The notes beneath the pieces are model-generated. The model worked only from the letters and a program-made list of their open reading frames with translations, was not told where the DNA came from and searched no databases. A DNA stretch of 64,000 bases from a virus (Duplodnaviria; Caudoviricetes): IMG/VR virus record IMGVR_UViG_2922690425_000004, positions 96,163 to 160,162 of that record; one strand, given 5' to 3'. Positions 53,818 to 62,321 of this stretch are shown one piece after another. A program made the position numbers and the translations under genes. How positions within the stretch are numbered: position 1 is the stretch's first letter; the number at the start of each line of letters is the position of its first letter.

Positions 53818-54013
53818 TAAAACATGAAAAAGAAAACTTAATGTTTATAAGGGTTTTATGAATCAATAATCTACGTAAAATCCTGATTTCATTGGGATTG
53901 AGTAGGCTACGGCCTACAGATACATAAAATAAGAGAAGCTACCGTTGAATATCAGAAGCACCTAGTGAATAAGTGTTATGTTAATGGCATTAATCATTTG
54001 ATAAAACATATCA

Positions 54014-54043
54014 GCATGTTGTAGACCATATAAGGCATATACT
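54014..54043 (+). promoter_or_regulatory. SigE-like mother-cell promoter upstream of the phage spoVK
   Basis: GCATGTT-N15-CATATACT versus the SigE consensus tCATAtt-N15-CATAcanT. Confidence 0.5.
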
Positions 54044-54056
54044 GTCACAACGAGAG

Positions 54057-55040
54057 GTGATTACTGTGGATGAAAACTCCAGAAGGATTACTGTTAATGA
54101 ATCAAGAATCAATGTTGTTTTTAAAAGTCAGGAGGCTTATGAAGCAATATCTGAACAAAACGAAGAAATTCCATTAACCAGTAATCATTACGAATCCGCA
54201 GCAGACATATTTAAAGATTTGGATGATATGATTGGACTTGAAAAGGTAAAAGAACTTGTGTACGAAATTTATGCATTGATACAGGTGCAAAAACTTAGAA
54301 GTGAAGAAGGTCTTAAAAGTAGTAATCAGGTATACCATATGATATTCAAAGGGAATCCCGGTACAGGGAAGACGACAGTGGCAAGAATAGCTTCTAAATT
54401 GCTAAACAGAATGGGTATCCTTAGTAAAGGTCATCTAATTGAAGTGGAACGAGCAGACTTAGTTGGAGAATACATTGGTCACACTGCACAAAAAACACGA
54501 GATCTTGTTAAGAAGGCTATGGGAGGTATTCTTTTTATTGATGAAGCCTACAGTTTGGCTAGGGGAGGGGAAAAGGATTTTGGGAAAGAAGCTATAGACT
54601 GTCTTGTAAAAGTCATGGAGGATAGAAGCGATGATTTAATAATTATCCTCGCTGGATATCCAGATGAGATGGAGATGTTTCTTAGAACAAATACAGGTCT
54701 TCCATCCCGGTTTCCAATACAAATAGATTTTCAGGATTACACAACAGATGAGCTAATGTTAATTGCAGTAAAGATGGCATATGAAAAAGACTACAACATT
54801 ACCTCTGATGCACTTATAAAGCTTAGAGAAATAATTCAGATTGAGAAAGACTCAAGAAGTAATTTTAGTAATGCACGTTATGTTCGTAATGTGATTGAAA
54901 AAGCGATTCGACACCAAGCTGTCAGAATAATGAGTAGACGTGTGAAGATTTCTAAGCAAAATTTAATGGATATTTTGCCACGAGATATATCAAATTCAAA
55001 TGTTGAAATGAATAAAAGAGAATCTATCATATTGCCATAA
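54057..55040 (+). CDS. spoVK: Phage-encoded full-length SpoVK-like AAA+ ATPase
   Basis: HMIFKGNPGTGKTT, ERADLVGEYIGHTAQKT, LFIDEAYSLARGGEKDFGKEAID; C-terminal part aligns with the host remnant at 62194-62601. Confidence 0.92.
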   Translation: MITVDENSRRITVNESRINVVFKSQEAYEAISEQNEEIPLTSNHYESAADIFKDLDDMIGLEKVKELVYEIYALIQVQKLRSEEGLKSSNQVYHMIFKGNPGTGKTTVARIASKLLNRMGILSKGHLIEVERADLVGEYIGHTAQKTRDLVKKAMGGILFIDEAYSLARGGEKDFGKEAIDCLVKVMEDRSDDLIIILAGYPDEMEMFLRTNTGLPSRFPIQIDFQDYTTDELMLIAVKMAYEKDYNITSDALIKLREIIQIEKDSRSNFSNARYVRNVIEKAIRHQAVRIMSRRVKISKQNLMDILPRDISNSNVEMNKRESIILP

Positions 55041-55057
55041 ATTGAATTGTATTTGTC

Positions 55058-55115
55058 CATAAAGAACAATCATACTTAATTAACTTAGCTAGAAATCCAT
55101 CGATTGTTCTTTATG
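55058..55115. terminator. 14-bp inverted repeat downstream of the phage spoVK
   Basis: CATAAAGAACAATC-N30-GATTGTTCTTTATG. Confidence 0.5.
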
Positions 55116-55209
55116 AAGCCTCATAAATATTTAAGGGGGTGAGAGGTGCAAAGTATTCATATTAGATTAAATCAATATTTTATAGAAAGAAAACGTAGTT
55201 TGAAGGAGT

Positions 55210-58200
55210 GTGTTGATTAATTTGTGTGAAAAGTGCAATTCGATTTTACTCCATAATCATGTCGATAGGGGTTCAAACTTAAGGCTTAGAGATACAACAA
55301 ATCGAGTGGAAGACCTAATACAAACAGCTTATGATATGGGACATAAGGGAGTTGCTATAACAGATCATGAATCCATCTCAGCTCATGTTAAAGCAATTCA
55401 GGCAACAGAAAAACTGAAGCAAGAAGGCAAGATACATAAAGAATTTAAGCTAATATTAGGCAATGAAATTTATTTGGTGGAAAGCCTTGCAGAAGTAAGA
55501 GATAACTATAAATCTGGAGTTACTAAATTCCCGCATTTTTTGTTATTAGCCAAAGATGAAATTGGTCATGAACAGCTTCGCTATATGAGTTCAAAGGCTT
55601 GGACTGATTCATTTTTCACAGGCCCAATGTTAAGAACACCAACAGAACGCTTCTTTTTACGATCAGTTATAAAGGAAAATCCGGGACATTTGATTGCTTC
55701 GTCTGCATGTTTAGGTTCACCTCATTGCATATACCTTTTGGAGATGAAGTCACATTTAGAAAATAACAATAGAGAAGAAGCAAAAAAGAGCTATAAAAAA
55801 GTATGTGATTTTACAAATTGGTGTATCGAAGTATTCGGAAAAGAAGATTTTTATTTAGAGTTGCAACCTGCCTACAGTGAGGAACAGATTTATTGCAACA
55901 AGCAATTGCTTTTATTGGCTGATAAATTTGATCTTAAATACATAGTAACAACAGATAGTCATTATCTTCGTCCAGAAGATCGTATTGTACATAAAGCTTT
56001 CCTAAATGCAAAAGAAGGAGAACGGGAAGTTGATTCATTTTATGAGGCAACCTTTGTACAAAATCACGAAGAGATAAATGATCGCTTAAGTTACCTAAGT
56101 CACGATGTGATAATGAAAGCATTAAACAATACAATAGAAGTCGGTAACAAGATTAAAGATTATACTATTTTAAAACCAACGATTATCCCTAAAATCGATC
56201 TTCCAAACTTCGAAATTAGTGGATTATTTCGTTCAATTTATTCTCAGTATGAATATATAGATAAAATGGCTCACTCGAATAATAGCCAAGATAGATACAT
56301 AGTAAAATTAATAGAAGATGGATTTAGAGAGTATCTTCCATACAACACCTACTCGAAAGAAAAATTGCATGAAGTAGCCGCTAGGATCAACACTGAATTG
56401 GGCGAACTATGGAAGATATCTGAGAAAATGAATCAATCAGTAGCAAGTTACTACATTACAGTTCGAGAAATTGTAAATGTTATTTGGGATGACGAGTGTG
56501 GGAATAGTTTGGTTGGCCCATCCCGTGGCTCTTCTGCTGGGTACTTAATTTGCTTCCTCTTGGGAATTACTCAAGTCAATCCTTTAGAGTATGGTATCGA
56601 AATGCCGCATTGGAGACACTTGACAGCAGAGAGACCCGAATTCCCAGATATTGATATCGATACTGAAGCAGCAAAACGGAATCAGATCTTCAAACAACTA
56701 AAGAAGTACTTTGGTGAAAACCAAGTTCTACAGGTTTGCACATTTGGTACAGAAGCATCAAAATCTGCTGTACAAACAGCAGCTAGAGGATTAGGGATCG
56801 ATAATGATACGGCTATGTATGTATCTGGACTAATTCCTTTCGAAAGAGGCAGCAGTTGGACGTTATCAGATTGTGTTAATGGAAATGAAGAAAAAGAACG
56901 TAAGCCAGTTAAAGAATTTGTTGCAGAAATAAATAAATTTGATAATTGGCTCAATGTGGCAATGAAAATTGAGGGATTAGTAAATAAAAGAAGTATCCAT
57001 GCTAGTGGTGTAATAGTTTTCAATGAAGAATATTATAAAACCAATGCTATGATGACTGCCCCCAATGGTACTCATGTAACGCAACTTAGCCTAGAAGACT
57101 GTGAAGCCGTATCAAATATGAAATTTGACTTGTTGACAATTGAGGGTTTGGATAAGATCCGTGTAGCATTAGATTTTTTGATCAAAGAAAATCTAATGGA
57201 ATGGCAAGGATCAATTCGCAAAACTTATAACAAGTATTTGCATCCCAATATTATCGACATAAAGAGTCAAGAAATATATGACCTAATTGGTTCGGATAGT
57301 ATAACTGATCTTTTTCAGTTTTCCACAGAAATAGGAATACAAACCGTAAAAAGAACTAAACCATCTAATCTAATCGAACTAGCTGCTGCAAACTCACTTA
57401 TGCGTCTCATGGGTGACCATAACAGCGAAACACCAATTGACAGCTTTATCAGATTTAAAAAGGATATTAATGAATGGTACACGGAATTGCACGAGAATTT
57501 TTTAAATGAAGAAGAAATAGAGACTATGAAGAAGCATTTGCTTGCATTGAATGGAGTGGCAGACACACAAGAGTCTATAATGCTTCTTTCAATGGACAAA
57601 AAAGTGGCAGGATTTACAATCCAAGAAGCAAATAAGCTCAGGAAAATTATTGCAAAGAAAAAAGCAAATGAAATCGAAGACATAAAGAATAAATTTTATA
57701 AGAAAGGCTTGGAGTTAAACAATAGAAAAGAGATCCTAGATTATGTCTGGAATAAACAAATAGTTAGACAGTTAGGATATTCATTCTCTGTGTTGCATAC
57801 CTTGGCTTATTCAATTATCGCGTTACAGGAAGCTAACTTGAATAATATTTACGACCCTATCTATTGGAGAACAGCTTGTTTAACTGTAAACTCTGCTTCT
57901 ATTCACGATGAAGATGAAGATACTAAAACACAATCCACAAACTATGGGAAAATTGCTTCTGCAATAGGGAACATGCAAAGCCGTGGCGTAAAAATCGGTC
58001 TTCCTGATATAAGCAAAGCCGATTATGGATTTTTTCCCGATACAGAGCTTAATCAAATTGTTTTTGGTCTAAAAGGTATCAATGGAATCGGTGACGATGT
58101 AGTTCAGAACATCATTAAACACAGACCTTATAAATCATTTGATGATTTTATTGAAAGAATGTTTAATACCTCAATCATTAAAAAGTCCCAAATAATTCAG

Positions 58201-59154
58201 TTGATAAAGGCAGGTTGCTTTGAATCCTTTGGTAATCGTTTAGAGATTATGAAGCAATTTATACATAAAATTTTTACACCTAAACAAAAAGTTACTATGC
58301 AGAACTTTAATGCTCTCAGTGAAAACAATCTGATTCCTGAAGATATGTCCCAATATAAGAGACTGTTCAATTTTAGAAAGTACGTTACCAAAAATGTCTA
58401 TGGAAAAGAAGGTAAAGAGAAGCTTTACTTGCTCGATAAAATTTCCACTCCTTTTTATTATGAGCACTTTTCAGGAGAAGCTATAAAAGACTATCATAAT
58501 AATTTCCCAATTATAGCAGAACGAACATTCAAAAAAGAATACGATAAAAAGATGGAAGGAATAAAGAGTTGGTTAACTGAGGATACTACTCTGTCTCTTT
58601 TAAACTCGAAGTTATATCAGAATGAGTGGGACAGTTTAGCATCTGGAACATTGAGTAAGTGGGAGATGGACTCTTTATCATTTTACTATACAGAACATGA
58701 ACTCCAAAAAATTGACACATTCAAATATGGAATTGTTAACTTTTTTGAATTACCTGAAGAACCAGTAGTTGTTGAAATAATTCAATATAGAAATGGATCA
58801 ACCAGACCTAAATTCAAATTGGATTTTATTGCTGGGACTGTATTAGATAAAAACAAAAATAAAAATACAGTAACGATTCTTACAACAACAGGTGTAGTTA
58901 CTGCAAAATATTATGATGGTGCTTTTGCACATTACAATAAACAAATATCAAAACCAAAACCAGATGGGACTAAAGAAATTATTGAAAAATCATGGTTTAC
59001 GCGTGGTAATAAGTTGATCCTGTTTGGATATCGTAGAGGTTCACAGTTTAGACCTTACAACTATAAAGATTCTAGAGTTAAACATACCACTATATTTATT
59101 GATGAAATCAGAGAAGATGGCACAGTTAAAGTAATTACAGAGCGAAAAAGCTAA
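55210..59154 (+). CDS. dnaE: DNA polymerase III alpha subunit (DnaE, YorL-like)
   Basis: PHP domain LHNH/AITDHE/TTDSHY, SRGSSAG, FPDIDID, KFDLL, GYSFS..H. Confidence 0.95.
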   Translation: MLINLCEKCNSILLHNHVDRGSNLRLRDTTNRVEDLIQTAYDMGHKGVAITDHESISAHVKAIQATEKLKQEGKIHKEFKLILGNEIYLVESLAEVRDNYKSGVTKFPHFLLLAKDEIGHEQLRYMSSKAWTDSFFTGPMLRTPTERFFLRSVIKENPGHLIASSACLGSPHCIYLLEMKSHLENNNREEAKKSYKKVCDFTNWCIEVFGKEDFYLELQPAYSEEQIYCNKQLLLLADKFDLKYIVTTDSHYLRPEDRIVHKAFLNAKEGEREVDSFYEATFVQNHEEINDRLSYLSHDVIMKALNNTIEVGNKIKDYTILKPTIIPKIDLPNFEISGLFRSIYSQYEYIDKMAHSNNSQDRYIVKLIEDGFREYLPYNTYSKEKLHEVAARINTELGELWKISEKMNQSVASYYITVREIVNVIWDDECGNSLVGPSRGSSAGYLICFLLGITQVNPLEYGIEMPHWRHLTAERPEFPDIDIDTEAAKRNQIFKQLKKYFGENQVLQVCTFGTEASKSAVQTAARGLGIDNDTAMYVSGLIPFERGSSWTLSDCVNGNEEKERKPVKEFVAEINKFDNWLNVAMKIEGLVNKRSIHASGVIVFNEEYYKTNAMMTAPNGTHVTQLSLEDCEAVSNMKFDLLTIEGLDKIRVALDFLIKENLMEWQGSIRKTYNKYLHPNIIDIKSQEIYDLIGSDSITDLFQFSTEIGIQTVKRTKPSNLIELAAANSLMRLMGDHNSETPIDSFIRFKKDINEWYTELHENFLNEEEIETMKKHLLALNGVADTQESIMLLSMDKKVAGFTIQEANKLRKIIAKKKANEIEDIKNKFYKKGLELNNRKEILDYVWNKQIVRQLGYSFSVLHTLAYSIIALQEANLNNIYDPIYWRTACLTVNSASIHDEDEDTKTQSTNYGKIASAIGNMQSRGVKIGLPDISKADYGFFPDTELNQIVFGLKGINGIGDDVVQNIIKHRPYKSFDDFIERMFNTSIIKKSQIIQLIKAGCFESFGNRLEIMKQFIHKIFTPKQKVTMQNFNALSENNLIPEDMSQYKRLFNFRKYVTKNVYGKEGKEKLYLLDKISTPFYYEHFSGEAIKDYHNNFPIIAERTFKKEYDKKMEGIKSWLTEDTTLSLLNSKLYQNEWDSLASGTLSKWEMDSLSFYYTEHELQKIDTFKYGIVNFFELPEEPVVVEIIQYRNGSTRPKFKLDFIAGTVLDKNKNKNTVTILTTTGVVTAKYYDGAFAHYNKQISKPKPDGTKEIIEKSWFTRGNKLILFGYRRGSQFRPYNYKDSRVKHTTIFIDEIREDGTVKVITERKS

Positions 59155-59685
59155 AGGAGAATGACTTAATGGACAAGATGAGCAAACATAAGATTGAAAG
59201 TATTTTGAATCGAAAGCTTAGCGAGAAAGAGTATAAAGAGATTGTATCTATCGTACTGAACAAGCTTCTAGAGGAAAGCAATAATGAACAATAATCTCGA
59301 CAGATTTGAAACTCCATATCAGAAGTATAGATTTCCTGATACACAAGATAAGGAGGTGAATAGGTTTTCAACTTGTGCAGGATGTAATGAAGATATCTTA
59401 GTTGGAGATGAAATATTGATCTTGTTTGATGGTTTGACTGTTCACGATGACTATGAATGCCTAAAGAAAGCAAATGGAGCAAAAAGAATTATTGCAGGAG
59501 AGGAATGGTAATTTGAATTTAGTTGGACATAACATTGAATTGATTAAAGAGTTGAAGACACATACTTTGAATCGACTAAAAATTTACAAAAAGTTGGGAT
59601 TTATAGTTGATGAAAAATATGATGAATTAGTAAAACTAGAAACTGATTATATAAATAGTAGAATTAGAACGATGGAGAGTTTTTT

Positions 59686-60261
59686 ATGAAATTAACATTA
59701 AAACTCCCCTTACCAGTCTCCATTAACGATCTATACATAAATCAATATGTTTGGAATCCGAAAAGTAAAACTAGAGTTCCTTCAGGAAAAAGAATACTCA
59801 GCAAGGAGGGAGAAAAAGTTAAAGAAAAAATAATAGAAGCAGCCAAAGACCAAGTTAGCAATCAGATGTGGGATTACGAATATACAATGAATCATTATTT
59901 ATATATGGATTCGATTATTTACTTTAATCGTAAAGGGCGAGACGATAATAACATTTATAAACTCAATAATGATGCATTAGAAAAGATTGTTTACGATAAT
60001 GACAGTAGAGTATTAACCAGAACACAACGTATCCTTTATGACAAAAAGAATCCTAGAATTGAGCTTACGTTTTCCCCCGTTGAGTATATAGGAATATTTG
60101 ATAACGAGGAAACATACATAGAGTTTTTAGAAAACTGTAAAACATGCAGTAGATATAAACGCAATTGTTCCATTTTAAAAGCTGCAACCGAGGGATACGT
60201 TCAAGATGAAATTATTGAGGGAAACTGCTTCAAATACAAGCGGGCGAAGGTTAATGAGTGA
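59686..60261 (+). CDS. RusA-family Holliday junction resolvase
   Basis: LPLPVSINDLY, RDDNNIYK...DAL....YDNDSRV, NPRIEL. Confidence 0.85.
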   Translation: MKLTLKLPLPVSINDLYINQYVWNPKSKTRVPSGKRILSKEGEKVKEKIIEAAKDQVSNQMWDYEYTMNHYLYMDSIIYFNRKGRDDNNIYKLNNDALEKIVYDNDSRVLTRTQRILYDKKNPRIELTFSPVEYIGIFDNEETYIEFLENCKTCSRYKRNCSILKAATEGYVQDEIIEGNCFKYKRAKVNE

Positions 60262-60340
60262 GTAAAAGTAGTATTTTATAGAAGTGTAGATAACTATTTA
60301 TTGCGCCTTCTTTCAACACAAATAGAAAGGAGGGAACAAA

Positions 60341-60493
60341 TTGAAAAGAAGTAACATAAATATTTTTGAGGTTGCAATACATATTGCTGATAAAGAAGAA
60401 GCCAAATCGATTGAAGAAATAAATAATGAATTTTTAATTTGGTTGGAAAGTACCATGAAAAAGTATTCTCATTTAGTACCAAAAGATATATAA
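60341..60493 (+). CDS. 50-aa ORF upstream of the integrase (candidate recombination directionality factor)
   Basis: GAAAGGAGGG RBS, TTG start, open frame to TAA at 60493; function inferred from position only. Confidence 0.45.
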   Translation: MKRSNINIFEVAIHIADKEEAKSIEEINNEFLIWLESTMKKYSHLVPKDI

Positions 60494-60536
60494 TGAATAT
60501 ATGAAAATAAATAAAAAAACTATTTGGAGGAACTTA

Positions 60537-62321
60537 ATGCTCAGGACTCTAACAGGTTCAGAAAAATTTAGTAAAGCTGAGCTTGAAGCCTTGGTCGCTA
60601 AGATCAAGGCCCTTATTTACGCTCGTGTATCTACTGACGGACAAGTTGATAATTATTCAATCGAGTCACAGATTGAAAGATGCATGGATTTAGCCAAACA
60701 AAAGGGGATTAAAGAAGAAGAGGTAGTTGTTCTAATAGAAGATGGGGAATCAGGTGATAACCCTAATCGCCCAATGATCAACTATGTTTTATTCTTGTTG
60801 GAGTATGGGATTGGTGATCACGTTATTTTTCTACATCCCAACAGAATGAGTCGTTTTCTTCATTTGCAAACACAACTGTCTAATCGTATATGGGGTCTTG
60901 GTAAAGATTTCTGGTTTGTCGAGTTTGATTTTGACAAATCGAGTCCAGAATCAATGTTAAACTTCAATATTCAAGGTTCTATTGCCGAATACAACAAAGC
61001 AAAGATATTAGCAGATACTAAGCGTGGAAGAATTACCAAAGTGAAGAGTGGAAAAATACCCGGATTAAATAGAATTTATGGATATACTTATGATACGGAA
61101 CTAGACACACTAGTTGAAAACCCTGTTGAAAAAGAAATATATCTGAAAATGGTAGATATGCTCCTACATAAAGATTATAGTTGCTCTAGGATTGCCGAAG
61201 AGTTGTCTTTACGAAACGTGCCAGCCCCTAAAAAAGATAGGTGGTATCAGGTTACAATAAGTAGAATATTTAAAAATGAAACTTACACAGGTAATTTTTA
61301 CTTCGGAAAATCTAAAGTAATAACAAATCCTGATGGCACGAAAAAACAAGTTCCACAACCGAGAGAAGAATGGAGGCATATATCTGTACCTGCTTATATT
61401 ACAATGGAGATATACCATAGAATTCAAAAGAGACTTGATGAACTAAATAAGAATAAACCCGGAAGACCCACAGAAGATTATCTGTTACAGGGAATTTGTC
61501 GTTGTGGTAGATGTGGGGCAGCAGTATCGTCGGGTGTGACTACGAAAACTAAAAATGGATTGCTGAAGTATTACGTTTGTCAACATAAAACAAAGAAGTC
61601 TTATAAAGTAGGAACTGGAGAATCTAATCCAATTTGCAAAGGACGCAATTGGAGAGTGGACTATGTAGATAAGATTATTTGGGAGTATGTTAAAAAAATA
61701 ATATCTGAACCAACAGAATTTTTTGAGCGCATAATTAAACAACAGTCAGAAAACTCAAATTCTGATGAATTACTTAAACAGAAAAACAAATTGGAAAAGT
61801 CTCTAAAGGAAACAGAAACATCTCGTGAACGTTATACTGAGATGTATGCTGCTGGAATAATTAAAACAATGAAGGACTTAGAAGATAAAGTGTCAGCCGT
61901 AGATAAACAGATAAAAGATATAAAAGAGGAATTGCATACAATAGAACAAAGTTTATCGACAGTGCTTAATAAGAAAAATCACATTGAATTAGTACAAAAA
62001 TCGCTAAGATCTTTTAAATATTTGCTTGATAACGATCATATAGATATAGAAACAAAAAGAAAAGTGACGCGATTATTTGTGAAAAAAGTTATGCTCAATG
62101 AGGATAATAAAATAAATGTTTATTTACACCTAGGATTTATTGATAACGCCGAGAAAGAATCCGATAATAAACATATAAATGTAAACAGTCGCCAAGGCCA
62201 TGGAAGACCAAAAAAATCAATTTATTTTGATCCTCGCAGGGTATTCGGGAGAAATGGACTTTTTTTTACGGACCAATCCTGGTCTTCCTTCTCGTTTTCC
62301 AATCCAACTGGATTTTCCTGA
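60537..62321 (+). CDS. Large serine recombinase (prophage integrase)
   Basis: IYARVST catalytic motif, DGESG...RP, recombinase domain, CRCGRCG zinc ribbon, coiled coil; GGAGG RBS before ATG 60537. Confidence 0.96.
   Translation: MLRTLTGSEKFSKAELEALVAKIKALIYARVSTDGQVDNYSIESQIERCMDLAKQKGIKEEEVVVLIEDGESGDNPNRPMINYVLFLLEYGIGDHVIFLHPNRMSRFLHLQTQLSNRIWGLGKDFWFVEFDFDKSSPESMLNFNIQGSIAEYNKAKILADTKRGRITKVKSGKIPGLNRIYGYTYDTELDTLVENPVEKEIYLKMVDMLLHKDYSCSRIAEELSLRNVPAPKKDRWYQVTISRIFKNETYTGNFYFGKSKVITNPDGTKKQVPQPREEWRHISVPAYITMEIYHRIQKRLDELNKNKPGRPTEDYLLQGICRCGRCGAAVSSGVTTKTKNGLLKYYVCQHKTKKSYKVGTGESNPICKGRNWRVDYVDKIIWEYVKKIISEPTEFFERIIKQQSENSNSDELLKQKNKLEKSLKETETSRERYTEMYAAGIIKTMKDLEDKVSAVDKQIKDIKEELHTIEQSLSTVLNKKNHIELVQKSLRSFKYLLDNDHIDIETKRKVTRLFVKKVMLNEDNKINVYLHLGFIDNAEKESDNKHINVNSRQGHGRPKKSIYFDPRRVFGRNGLFFTDQSWSSFSFSNPTGFS
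62170..62220. other. Prophage-host junction (attR-type site) inside spoVK
   Basis: SpoVK frame (K-A-M-E-D, AAG GCC ATG GAA GAC) begins abruptly at 62194 and GC content shifts there; the exact crossover cannot be fixed without the other end. Confidence 0.8.

Larger units (their letters stand above)
280..60278. repeat. Dispersed 16-bp palindromic site TNAAA-N6-TTTNA at gene boundaries (~54 copies)
   Basis: Exact TAAAA-N6-TTTTA starts: 5809, 7762, 8814, 9241, 11893, 13115, 13884, 16067, 18559, 19670, 20670, 21094, 25198, 26139, 26503, 26840, 28047, 31577, 33460, 34076, 34941, 35311, 35997, 37350, 46778, 47406, 51590, 52760, 60263. One mismatch: 583, 1129, 1358, 1814, 3793, 4506, 5243, 10205, 11464, 16422, 17795, 19128, 19418, 19853, 20395, 27459, 35772, 50313, 52993, 53876, 55167. 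Two mismatches: 280, 17998, 31286, 47705. Confidence 0.92.
1..62192. mobile_element. Right arm of an SPbeta-like prophage integrated in spoVK (left end lies outside the window)
   Basis: AT-rich, dense co-oriented small ORFs; SPbeta-type replication and nucleotide genes; terminal large serine recombinase abutting a 5'-truncated spoVK; composition shifts to host-like GC after ~62190. Confidence 0.93.

Noticed and set aside
37375-59154. Introns or inteins in nrdD, nrdA, nrdB, thyX or dnaE
   Set aside because: Frames are continuous and of normal length, with no recognisable intein splice motifs
852-59482. Many short ORF-track entries antisense to or overlapping real genes (e.g. 852..1061, 21070..21504, 23248..23583, 57315..57683)
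   Set aside because: Shadow frames of well-supported genes, with no RBS or motif
280-60278. Repeated motif as a CRISPR array or a family of intrinsic terminators
   Set aside because: Copies are dispersed and separated by whole genes, and a 5-bp A/U stem without a U tail is too weak to terminate (except the extended copy at 25192)
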